DNA of 64,000 nucleotides, taken from positions 32,617 to 96,616 of the forward strand of contig JAEHGX010000003.1 in NCBI GenBank assembly GCA_019248265.1, given 5' to 3'. The DNA is from Candidatus Falkowbacteria bacterium S5_I03 (GTDB taxonomy: Bacteria; Patescibacteriota; Patescibacteriia; Patescibacteriales; UBA12465). Positions 27,889 through 36,169 of the stretch are shown in pieces. The position numbers and the translations under genes were made by a program. The notes beneath the pieces were generated by a model, which saw nothing but the letters and a program-made list of their open reading frames with translations, ran no database searches and was not told the DNA's origin. Every line of letters starts with the position of its first letter. Position 1 is the stretch's first letter.

Positions 27889-29253
27889 TTACGATTTTCC
27901 TATCATGTCGAACACTTCAAAGAAGTCTTTTCCTGTTAATTTAAGAGGATCGAACTTAGGCTCTTTTGTTGTAACTTTAGGTTTAGATGTACTAACCGAT
28001 GAAGCCTTTTTTCTTTTCTCGGCAACTTTGTCCTGTTCAGCTTTAACTTTCGCAGTATACTCTTCTTTTTGTCTTTTTTCAAGTATTTTAGCTTTTTCAG
28101 CTTCAACTTTTGATTTATCAACAGCTTTAGGAGCAACAGTTTTAGACTCAGCTTGTACTGTTTTTTGATTTTGTTCATATGCAGCTTTTCTCTCTTCTGA
28201 TAGCACAGCTATAGCTTCTCTATACTGATTAATAGAAGTTTTTGATGAGAATCTACCAGATGTATCTAAAAGTCTTAACTCTTTTATTTTATCTTGAACA
28301 GCATCATATATTGTTGGAGAATTTTCAGCATCATCTAACTTTGTAGTCATATGTACTAGCAAATCTTCTCTAACTTTTGGCTTAGCAGAAAATTCTTTAA
28401 AGCTATCAGCATCCCATTGAGTACCAACAACTTCTCTAAATTTATCTTCAACACCATTTTCTCTGGCTCTTTGTAGAGTCTCTTTAATGTTCATCGCTTC
28501 ATCTGTTTCAACATAATTAGCGCCAGTGTAGTTGATATCATCTAAATCAAGGTCAACAATTGGATCAATTTTGTTAATGCTAATGAAGTGCTTTAATGCT
28601 TCTTTATCACCACTCATTACATCCATCATCAAGTTAAACTTATCATGATTTTCAATCATTCCTGATTTATCTAATGCACTCATTAAAGGTCTATACTTTT
28701 TAAAGCCAGACATCTTTTCTTCAAAACCATAAAGCATTTGTTGTGCTTTGATAATCTTTTCTGGATCAGTGAAACCTTTTACAGTCTTACCATTCGCTTT
28801 GAACTCCGTAGAAGTTACTTTTTCGTAAAATGATTTATAGAAATCAACATTAGGCTCATTTGTATCAGAATTTGTTTCAGAGTCCGTATTCTCTAAACCA
28901 CTTTCATCATCTTCTTTGCCTTCCTCCGACTTTTCTTCTGATTTATCACCAGCTCCGTCTTCCGATTCTTCATCTTCAGATTCATCTTCGTTTGATTCTT
29001 CACCATCTTCTTGAGCGTCTTCTTCGTTACTATCTTCATCAGTTTCATCTGAAGTATCATCATCAGAATCGGCATCCTGATCATTCGTGTCTTCATCTTC
29101 TTCTTCTTCAGAATTCTCGTCTGTGTCCTCAATATCATCTTCTTCATTAGAGTCATATTCTTCGTTGTCATCTTCAGTTTCTTCAAACTCAAAATTCCCG
29201 TTAAGAATGCTATCTAGTTCGTCAGATGCAGATATTTCTTCTTCTCTTGCCAT
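27889..29253 (-). CDS. scaffolding-like protein with an extremely acidic N-terminal third
   Basis: The first ~130 residues are an Asp/Glu run and the C-terminus is K/E-rich and helical. It lies between the portal and capsid genes. Confidence 0.5.
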   Translation of the reverse strand: MAREEEISASDELDSILNGNFEFEETEDDNEEYDSNEEDDIEDTDENSEEEEDEDTNDQDADSDDDTSDETDEDSNEEDAQEDGEESNEDESEDEESEDGAGDKSEEKSEEGKEDDESGLENTDSETNSDTNEPNVDFYKSFYEKVTSTEFKANGKTVKGFTDPEKIIKAQQMLYGFEEKMSGFKKYRPLMSALDKSGMIENHDKFNLMMDVMSGDKEALKHFISINKIDPIVDLDLDDINYTGANYVETDEAMNIKETLQRARENGVEDKFREVVGTQWDADSFKEFSAKPKVREDLLVHMTTKLDDAENSPTIYDAVQDKIKELRLLDTSGRFSSKTSINQYREAIAVLSEERKAAYEQNQKTVQAESKTVAPKAVDKSKVEAEKAKILEKRQKEEYTAKVKAEQDKVAEKRKKASSVSTSKPKVTTKEPKFDPLKLTGKDFFEVFDMIGKS

Positions 29254-29271
29254 TCAATTTACCTTTTTTAA

Positions 29272-29631
29272 TTAGTTTTGTTGTTTCAAAATGTTTTGTC
29301 TTAGGTCTTTAGACTCTGCAAGTCTATTTGTTAAAACCTCTAACTGAACAGCTCTAGATTCTAAAAAGCCTTTAACTTTTTTTAGCAACCTAAGTTGTTC
29401 AATTATTTGTTCTTCTGTTTCATCACTAACTGAGTCGCATAATTTACTAGACAACTCAATCATTTCAGAACCAAAAATAGTTTCATGAAAAACATCAGTG
29501 AAATCTCTAGAATTTATAATTTTATGAAACTTTTTCTCAATCTCAATTTGTTCATCAAGACTTTGTATTTCAGCTTCTATAGACTCTAAACTTATTTCGT
29601 AAGACATTTCTCGTAAACCTTTTGTATGCAT
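29272..29631 (-). CDS. hypothetical 119-aa coiled-coil protein
   Basis: ORF in the head module. Confidence 0.5.
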   Translation of the reverse strand: MHTKGLREMSYEISLESIEAEIQSLDEQIEIEKKFHKIINSRDFTDVFHETIFGSEMIELSSKLCDSVSDETEEQIIEQLRLLKKVKGFLESRAVQLEVLTNRLAESKDLRQNILKQQN

Positions 29632-29683
29632 TTTGTGAGTATATTGTATATACTCTAACCTTAATCTTTAATTAATGGTTATT

Positions 29684-30130
29684 TTAAACCATTCCAAGCC
29701 CTGAATTATCAACATAATCCATTTCATTGTTTATTTCATCTTCTGTGTCATTCATTGCATAATTCTGAGCATATGATGTATCTTCGTCTCTCATAGCGCC
29801 AGATTGAGATGAATCTCTACCTTCAGAATATCTCAATGCTTCACTAAAACCAAGATCAATGCCTTCATTTAATCCTTCACGCATTCCAACGCTTCTACCA
29901 TAATCAATAGCACCTTTTTCTCTATTAATAATTTCTTGATTAACTGATTGTTGATGAGCAATCTCTTGGATAGCTTCTTGCTTTGCTTGATTTCTTATGT
30001 CGTTTACAATATTATTGTTATATCTCTCAAGAGCTATATTTGGCTTAGCTACAAACTTTTCTTCTTGCACTGGCGCTTGTTGAGCGCCCTGTATCATTCC
30101 TAAACCTTCTTGATTCATCTCTTCTTCCAT
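29684..30130 (-). CDS. hypothetical 148-aa protein
   Basis: ORF lies 2 nt downstream of the portal gene stop. Confidence 0.5.
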   Translation of the reverse strand: MEEEMNQEGLGMIQGAQQAPVQEEKFVAKPNIALERYNNNIVNDIRNQAKQEAIQEIAHQQSVNQEIINREKGAIDYGRSVGMREGLNEGIDLGFSEALRYSEGRDSSQSGAMRDEDTSYAQNYAMNDTEDEINNEMDYVDNSGLGMV

Positions 30131-30132
30131 AA

Positions 30133-32439
30133 TTATTCTCCTTTTTTGGTTAAAGCGCCAGTTAGTTGTGCTTCTAGTTGTTTGATTCTTAACATCATTT
30201 CTTGTTTTGTCATTTCAATATCTGCATCATCAAGCTTTTCTTTTCTTCTTGTATCGAAATCTATAGCTCTATCTTCAAGCTCTCTAGCTCTTTTAGCACC
30301 AGTTTGAGAATCAACAAAGTCTTTTGCAAGCATATCAGCTTCTTCTTCTAGTTTTCTAGTTCTAGCAGCTGACTCAGCTGTTTGTTGTTGTCTTAATAAG
30401 TTTTGTGATTGTTTGTTCTCAACATCTTTCTCATTTTCAACAACCCTAGATATTCTCTCATTAATTCTTGAATCAACTTCTTCAATATCTTTTTTAGCTT
30501 TTTCAATTTTAAGTCTTTGCTCTTCAATCTGCATATCCATAAGTTCTTGTTGTTTTGGATCAGGCTGAGGCTCAAAGCTCTCAAACTCTCTAGCTAAATC
30601 ATATTGACCTTTTAGTTTCAATATTCTAGCCCATATCTTTCTAGACAACTTAGGACTCATTGTTTGTTGACCTGTTTGCAGAACCATAGCTAAATCTTGA
30701 GCTATTGCATTATTTGTCTCAGGAGTTTGAATATCAATTGTAATATCATGAGCGCCGGTTAAGTCATCTCTATTTATCTTAACATACTCTTGATTTGTAT
30801 TTCTAACAATCTCTTCTTCTGATAGGAACTCAGCATTCATAGCTATAATCAATCTAGCGGCGTCTACAAGCATCGAAGTTATTCTTCTTAATACTGATGC
30901 ATCTCTTTTGCTATTTGAGCTATCTATTCGTCTCTGAGCATTAACGCTGATGCCATTTGTACTATTATTGTTTAATGTTGTACCAGACATTGCTTCAGCA
31001 TCTGCAATCTGAGCACTTATCCACTGTAGCGCAATAGGATTAACAGGATTTACATTATTTTTGAATATTGCATTCTTTGGATTCATTCCACTTCTAAAGA
31101 ATACTGTTTTACCTAATCTATAGTTTTCTCTTTCTACTGGACTCGGGAAGAATGTTTCATCTATGAACTCTTGATTTACTGCATCTAGCGCCATAATATC
31201 TTGTATAGCTCTAGTAGTCTTACCAACAGCTTCTTGATTCTCTTCAAGCAACACTGCATCTGGCTCTCCCATTACTTCACGCTTAACAGGCATATATTTA
31301 GCTATTACATATGGAATCTTTTTATGACCAAAAGGATTTTCTTCTAATCTTACTAATACTCCACCAACCCATGTAGCTACTATAGGAACAGTATTACCAT
31401 CATTATTAATATCCCAGAACCCCCAATAATCATAAGCTTTTAATTTAACTCTTGATTTTCCAGACAACTTAGAATTTCTGGCGCTTTCACCATGATACTC
31501 AGAATACTGATACTCTTCTTTATTTTTATCTATAAACTCTATGTTTTTATATATACCTCTAGCTTTAATCTCTTTTGTAATAACTTCAACTCCATCAGGA
31601 CCAACAGTTTTTACTTCAATTTCTTCTTCTTTGTATTCTTGCTTTTTTAATTCAGAGAAGCTTATTGGATACTCTTCAATTAAGAACTGAGCTTTTTCTA
31701 TATCACCTTCACATGTTGTATCAATGATAATGTTTGCACTATTTCTAACTTCAATTGTTGGATGATTTACTATAAGCTTTTCAACTTCTACATCTACAAG
31801 CTCCGTGCCTTTTTGCATTGGCTCACCAGTTTCAAGCATTGCCTGCATTTCTTCAGGTGACATTTGTCCAGCTTGAACTAGTTGAACCATCATATCATAT
31901 GACTCTTCAGCTGATGCATACACAGGTCGCTCTTGTTGCTCTATACCTATTCCGTATTCAGTTTTCCAACCAACTTTACATATTACAGAACCTTCATCAA
32001 CATCTGTTCGGACAATCTCTTCAACCAATTTATCTATCTTTATTTTATGTCTAAATTGATAATTTAGTAATATCTGATTTTGTTCAGCTGATTTATGATC
32101 TTCTGGTCCAACACCCTTGATATCAAACAGATCTTGAGTCCCCAATATAGCATCTTCTAAAGCTGCATATTTGTACTCATTTTGTTTTCTAACAAGCTTT
32201 GGTCTAGTTGTACTCTTACCAGGTTTTACTTTCTCAATCTCTTTGCCACCATTTCTAATCTCTTCATATCTTAGAAGATTTTCTCTATTTGTAGTTTGGA
32301 AATGTGCTGAGTTGGTTCTATCTGTTTCTAGATCATCGAATGTAGGTTCGTTCTTCCAGCTTGTTAACTTAGCTGGCGCTCCATTGGATTTACCTTTATA
32401 GAGTGCATCCATATTATTACCAGGTTTTTTCTTTGCCAT
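30133..32439 (-). CDS. portal protein (768 aa)
   Basis: Size and position fit (upstream of scaffold and capsid). It has a long C-terminal coiled coil. No diagnostic motif could be checked by eye. Confidence 0.55.
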   Translation of the reverse strand: MAKKKPGNNMDALYKGKSNGAPAKLTSWKNEPTFDDLETDRTNSAHFQTTNRENLLRYEEIRNGGKEIEKVKPGKSTTRPKLVRKQNEYKYAALEDAILGTQDLFDIKGVGPEDHKSAEQNQILLNYQFRHKIKIDKLVEEIVRTDVDEGSVICKVGWKTEYGIGIEQQERPVYASAEESYDMMVQLVQAGQMSPEEMQAMLETGEPMQKGTELVDVEVEKLIVNHPTIEVRNSANIIIDTTCEGDIEKAQFLIEEYPISFSELKKQEYKEEEIEVKTVGPDGVEVITKEIKARGIYKNIEFIDKNKEEYQYSEYHGESARNSKLSGKSRVKLKAYDYWGFWDINNDGNTVPIVATWVGGVLVRLEENPFGHKKIPYVIAKYMPVKREVMGEPDAVLLEENQEAVGKTTRAIQDIMALDAVNQEFIDETFFPSPVERENYRLGKTVFFRSGMNPKNAIFKNNVNPVNPIALQWISAQIADAEAMSGTTLNNNSTNGISVNAQRRIDSSNSKRDASVLRRITSMLVDAARLIIAMNAEFLSEEEIVRNTNQEYVKINRDDLTGAHDITIDIQTPETNNAIAQDLAMVLQTGQQTMSPKLSRKIWARILKLKGQYDLAREFESFEPQPDPKQQELMDMQIEEQRLKIEKAKKDIEEVDSRINERISRVVENEKDVENKQSQNLLRQQQTAESAARTRKLEEEADMLAKDFVDSQTGAKRARELEDRAIDFDTRRKEKLDDADIEMTKQEMMLRIKQLEAQLTGALTKKGE

Positions 32440-32533
32440 GTTAATCCTATTTTAGTTAATTGTATTAATAGATTATACATTTCTATTTTACATAGTGTAT
32501 TTAAAATCTATTTAATACAATCTTAAGTGAAGT

Positions 32534-32956
32534 TTAGCCGATAATTTTTTTAAGATCAGTTATATTTAATTTATGGAAGAATTTATCGAAATGATTTTTT
32601 TCAAATACATTTGACTTTTGAATACCATATTTTTCACAAAGCTCATTTATTAATTCTGATAAACTAATCATTTGTTGATTTGTAAAGTCTCTTTTACCAA
32701 TAAGCATAATAGCTATCGAATCTATATTAGCTCCTCTTGTGTGCGAACCAGCCATAGACACAGGTCTTCCAAGCTCAACAGCACCATCTTTTACATTTGA
32801 CTCATATTCATCACTTCTATATACTTTACCATTGCATATCACATAATGACATCCAATCGTCCTATATCCTCGTTCGATATCTTCATATCTAATCTTGTTT
32901 GCATTACCATACTCAGCGCCAGAGTTCATGATAATAATCTTATTTATCTCTCTCAT
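32534..32956 (-). CDS. N-acetylmuramoyl-L-alanine amidase (Amidase_2 / T7-lysozyme-like)
   Basis: GCHYVICNGKVYR...GRPVSMAGSHTRGANIDSIAIMLIG matches the PGRP/T7 lysozyme signature (GYH..I...G......GAH..G.N..SIGI). Confidence 0.6.
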   Translation of the reverse strand: MREINKIIIMNSGAEYGNANKIRYEDIERGYRTIGCHYVICNGKVYRSDEYESNVKDGAVELGRPVSMAGSHTRGANIDSIAIMLIGKRDFTNQQMISLSELINELCEKYGIQKSNVFEKNHFDKFFHKLNITDLKKIIG

Positions 32957-33697
32957 TTATATTGTTCTCCATTTTTTATTGAAATCTTTGTTGTTATGAT
33001 ACCAAATAATATTTTCTTGAAGTTCTTCTGAGTAATATCTATCAACATCTGTTCTGCATGCATGAACTTGTTGATCTTCGTTGTCCCACTCTGAGAAATC
33101 ATGAAATATTATTTTGTTTTCATATCTAGATACAATTTCTGGAAAATTAACTAATGCTTTAGTATCACCACTAATAATGATGCTATTTTTATTGTCTGAA
33201 ACTATTAACCCATAACACTCAACATGATGACTTGTTTTTATTGAGTCTAGCTTTAATCCGTTATATATAATTCCATTTGATAACTTATGCAAATCAATAT
33301 ACTTTTTCATATCTTTTAGATACAAGTTAAGTTCATCTGCAACTTCATTAAATGATAATATGTTTAATTTAATATTATGCATGAAATACATATAAAATAT
33401 TAATGTTTTTAATGAACCAACATGATCATCATCCATATGTGATATGTAAACATTTCTTAGCATTTTTATATCTATTTCATCGTGATAATCATTTAACTTT
33501 CTCAATTCTGCATAAACAGAATATCCACAATCAAACAGAATATATTCTGAACCTTCTTCAATTAAAAATGAGCTATTTACTGATTCAAAATCAAAAGCTC
33601 CACCATTACCAATTTGTTTTACTCTCATACTATTCCTATTTATTTTAAGATGCGCATATTGTACTTTGTGATTTATTAATTTTAGCTTTTGCTTCAT
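32957..33697 (-). CDS. metallo-beta-lactamase-fold-like hydrolase
   Basis: FDCGYSVY...YISHMDDDHVGSL is a variant of the HxHxDH motif (the second His is replaced). It abuts the amidase gene. Confidence 0.4.
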   Translation of the reverse strand: MKQKLKLINHKVQYAHLKINRNSMRVKQIGNGGAFDFESVNSSFLIEEGSEYILFDCGYSVYAELRKLNDYHDEIDIKMLRNVYISHMDDDHVGSLKTLIFYMYFMHNIKLNILSFNEVADELNLYLKDMKKYIDLHKLSNGIIYNGLKLDSIKTSHHVECYGLIVSDNKNSIIISGDTKALVNFPEIVSRYENKIIFHDFSEWDNEDQQVHACRTDVDRYYSEELQENIIWYHNNKDFNKKWRTI

Positions 33698-33744
33698 TTT
33701 CTAAAGCGCCAGGTTGAAAGTAAACCATGACGCTATGATTTTAT

Positions 33745-34464
33745 TTATTTAGTGAACTTTAGATTTGCACATTCTGCTAATGTCATTCTCATGAATACCG
33801 ATAATTCTTTTCCTTCTGTTTTTAAAGTCTGGTAATACCATTCTTTACCAGCTTGTGTTTTTATTTGTGCATCTGGATTCCATCCATGATCATCATTTCT
33901 AGTAGCATTCTCTTCTAATCTTTTAAGATATGCATATATTGCTGATATCTTATTAGTTTGAGTTTCTTTGCCATTTGAACCAACTATTGTTACGCATCCA
34001 CCTTGAAACAATGGTTCTATGAACTCATTTCTTTCTGTATATATGTACCTAGCATTTTTTAATAGTGTATGGCTAACGCTCCATGCCTTTGCAAGACCAA
34101 TTATACTTTTAGCTTTATTCTTAGGATTGAATGTTTCCTTACAAGCACTTATAAGCTTCTGAGTTGGAGAAAGATTTCTTCTTGTATTAAATGATTTTAC
34201 AACAACCATAACATCTTCTTCTGTAAGATCATCATCAAGCTCTTTTGCCTTAATTCTTACTCCTGTAGCTAAGCATGCTTTTTGTCTACATCTACCATCT
34301 ACTATTTTATTTCTCCATAATATAACTGGCTCTCTTAATCCATTTTCTCTTATATCTTCTGTTAGAGCTGCTTGCTCAGCCATGTTAGCCATAGGAACTA
34401 TTCCTGCTAGTTCTTCGTTTACTTCAAACGCTTCACCTTCTCTTAGCTCAATATATCTTGTCAT
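33745..34464 (-). CDS. ParB-like nuclease-domain protein
   Basis: NGLREPVILWRNKIVDGRCRQKA matches the ParB/Srx N-terminal motif (P..V......DG..R..A). Confidence 0.6.
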   Translation of the reverse strand: MTRYIELREGEAFEVNEELAGIVPMANMAEQAALTEDIRENGLREPVILWRNKIVDGRCRQKACLATGVRIKAKELDDDLTEEDVMVVVKSFNTRRNLSPTQKLISACKETFNPKNKAKSIIGLAKAWSVSHTLLKNARYIYTERNEFIEPLFQGGCVTIVGSNGKETQTNKISAIYAYLKRLEENATRNDDHGWNPDAQIKTQAGKEWYYQTLKTEGKELSVFMRMTLAECANLKFTK

Positions 34465-34703
34465 TTCTTGTCCTTTTTTATTATATTTGTTTAACGATGT
34501 AATAATATATGATTTATACTTAATTCTGGCTTAATTTTGTCTGATTTTTTATTTAAATCAGACATTTGTCTGATTTTTTTTATCAAAATAGGACAAATTT
34601 TTCCGATTGGCTATTTTAATTTTTACTACATGTTTTATTTATTATAATGTTTTGTCCGATTGAGTATTACTTGTCATACATTATGTTTATCATTTTGTCA
34701 ATT

Positions 34704-34868
34704 TTGGTACCAATGGTACCATTGGTACCGTTTTATTTTTGTACCATTGGTACATAATTCGATACCATTTTTTTTGGTATCAATGATACCGTTTTGTTTG
34801 GTATCGAATTATTTTGACACCATCTTGATTTGGTGTCATTGACACCGTTCTATTTTGGTGTCAAAATT
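34704..34868. repeat. array of co-varying 6-bp inverted repeats (three families)
   Basis: GGTACC occurs at 34706, 34715 and 34724, plus GTACCattGGTAC at 34741-34753. GATACC/GGTATC pairs lie at 34761/34776 and 34785/34800. GACACC/GGTGTC pairs lie at 34816/34832 and 34841/34857. Loops are 9-10 nt and T-rich. Confidence 0.85.
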
Positions 34869-35082
34869 TTCACAGACTTAGAGCTGACTTAAGAAAGTCT
34901 TTTTGTTGTCCGATATTTTTTAATGAGTATGCCATGAAATCGAACATCTGTATTTTTGATTAAAATATTTATTTATTGATGTTTTTTGAAAAAAGGACAC
35001 ATATGTCTTTTTTTTATATATATTAATATATATTATATGGATAGTCTTTTTTTATTTTAATAAACCAAAAAAACCCAAACCC

Positions 35083-35174
35083 CTACAACCACCGCTCGGA
35101 AACGCAGCACGGGAAATTGCGTAGCGTAGCGTAGCAATTTGACTAGTGCAAGTGCAACGAGAAGGTGGTTGTAG
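35083..35174. other. GC-rich structured element A (candidate ncRNA or terminator)
   Basis: The 11-bp outer stem is CTACAACCACC / GGTGGTTGTAG. The inner stem AAATTGC/GCAATTT encloses GTAGC x3. It shares CACCGCTC..GAAA with elements B and C. On the minus strand it is followed by GGGTTTGGGTTTTTTTGG. Confidence 0.5.
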
Positions 35175-35277
35175 CATCAGCACGAAGTAGCGAAAAAAAG
35201 AAACATTGGATTTATTCTCAATAGAGCCAGTTAGGGATGGTACCTATGACACTATTATCTGGCGCTAGAGATAAATT

Positions 35278-35784
35278 TTAATTAATCTTTTTAGAACATG
35301 CTTCTTTATACATAAGCTCTTCTCTTTCCCAGTTATCTTGAGATACTACTAATCTTGGATTTATTATGTAGCATCCTCTTTTGTATCTAACAACAAGATC
35401 TTTTTCTCTTAGTGTTTTGTATGCTATTTTTATGTATTTCTTTTCTGTCTCAGTAAGAGTTGAATTATCAATATGTGTTATATTTGATTTTTTATAACCA
35501 AACTCATCAACATTATTTCTATTTTTCATTAACAATTTAAACATAAAACCTTCAGGTTTTGTCATATTTAAAAGCTCTTCTGTGTAATCCATACTGTGTG
35601 CCCTACTTTCTTTATTTTTGTTTCCACTTCCTACCATTATGAACGATGGCTTCATTTTTCCATCATTTTCAACTACTAGCTTCTTTCCAGCAGGAAGAAC
35701 TATTTGATGAGTCTTCATCATTTCATCTGATTCTAAGATTCTATCCTGTATAATCTTATTATCAATTGAGGCAATCTTCTCCAT
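35278..35784 (-). CDS. hypothetical 168-aa protein with a putative DNA-binding domain shared with ORF 121..780
   Basis: KKYIKIAYKTLREKDLVVRYKRGCYIINPRLVV aligns by eye with KKGMAKSYKNLVDMNILIRIKRNVYMINPNFII of the HNH fusion protein. Confidence 0.5.
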   Translation of the reverse strand: MEKIASIDNKIIQDRILESDEMMKTHQIVLPAGKKLVVENDGKMKPSFIMVGSGNKNKESRAHSMDYTEELLNMTKPEGFMFKLLMKNRNNVDEFGYKKSNITHIDNSTLTETEKKYIKIAYKTLREKDLVVRYKRGCYIINPRLVVSQDNWEREELMYKEACSKKIN

Positions 35785-36054
35785 TGTCTCTCCTTTTTAT
35801 TTATTTAATCATCAAACTTTCTTATTGTACACAATCTAAGCTTAAAGATAGGTGAACGAATCACCCCCTTATCTCACTCGATAAGGTACTAAATCACCCC
35901 CTTATCTATTTAAATAAACATCGAGTTTATCGAGACTATTTGATTTTTCCTTCTATAAGAATTATATAGGAAGCTTTTCTTAGCGCCAGCTAGAGATGCT
36001 GATTGTATTTTCGTTTTGATTTTTTTGTCCAGACTGGACGGTTTTATACTCATG

Positions 36055-36146
36055 TAAGCCAGCTTTGTGCACCGCTCTCGAAAATTTTTTACTACGCACT
36101 CCGTGCTTCGTAAAATAATTTTCTCGTTTGCGCCCATGCTGGCTTA
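36055..36146. other. GC-rich structured element B (candidate ncRNA or DNA cruciform)
   Basis: The 9-bp outer stem is TAAGCCAGC / GCTGGCTTA. Conserved blocks are TGCACCGCTCTC (36068-36079) and TCGTTTGCGC (36124-36133). Inner stems are GAAAATT/AATTTTC, TTTTAC/GTAAAA and GCAC-tcc-GTGC. Confidence 0.6.
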
Positions 36147-36169
36147 ATGGTTAAGGATTATGAAGATGT

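Noticed and set aside
27936-29275. Several alternative-frame ORFs lie inside the scaffold-like gene (27936..28178, 28893..29192, 28860..29150, 29087..29275).
   Set aside because: They arise from the GAA/GAT/AAA-rich low-complexity coding sequence, which is stop-free in several frames.
34704-34868. Possible CRISPR array.
   Set aside because: The repeat arms are only 6 bp, the intervening segments are 3-11 nt T-rich loops rather than spacers, and no cas genes are present.
35083-35174. Possible tRNA or tmRNA in the GC-rich island.
   Set aside because: It is 92 nt with an 11-bp terminal stem. It has no GTTCRA T-loop, no D-arm consensus and no cloverleaf. I found no tRNA-like sequence elsewhere in the window.
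35910-36137. A 75-aa minus-strand ORF overlaps structured element B.
   Set aside because: Its start lies inside the GC-rich palindromic element, it has no RBS, and the region is better explained by the conserved B/C structure. The equivalent position in element C has no ORF.
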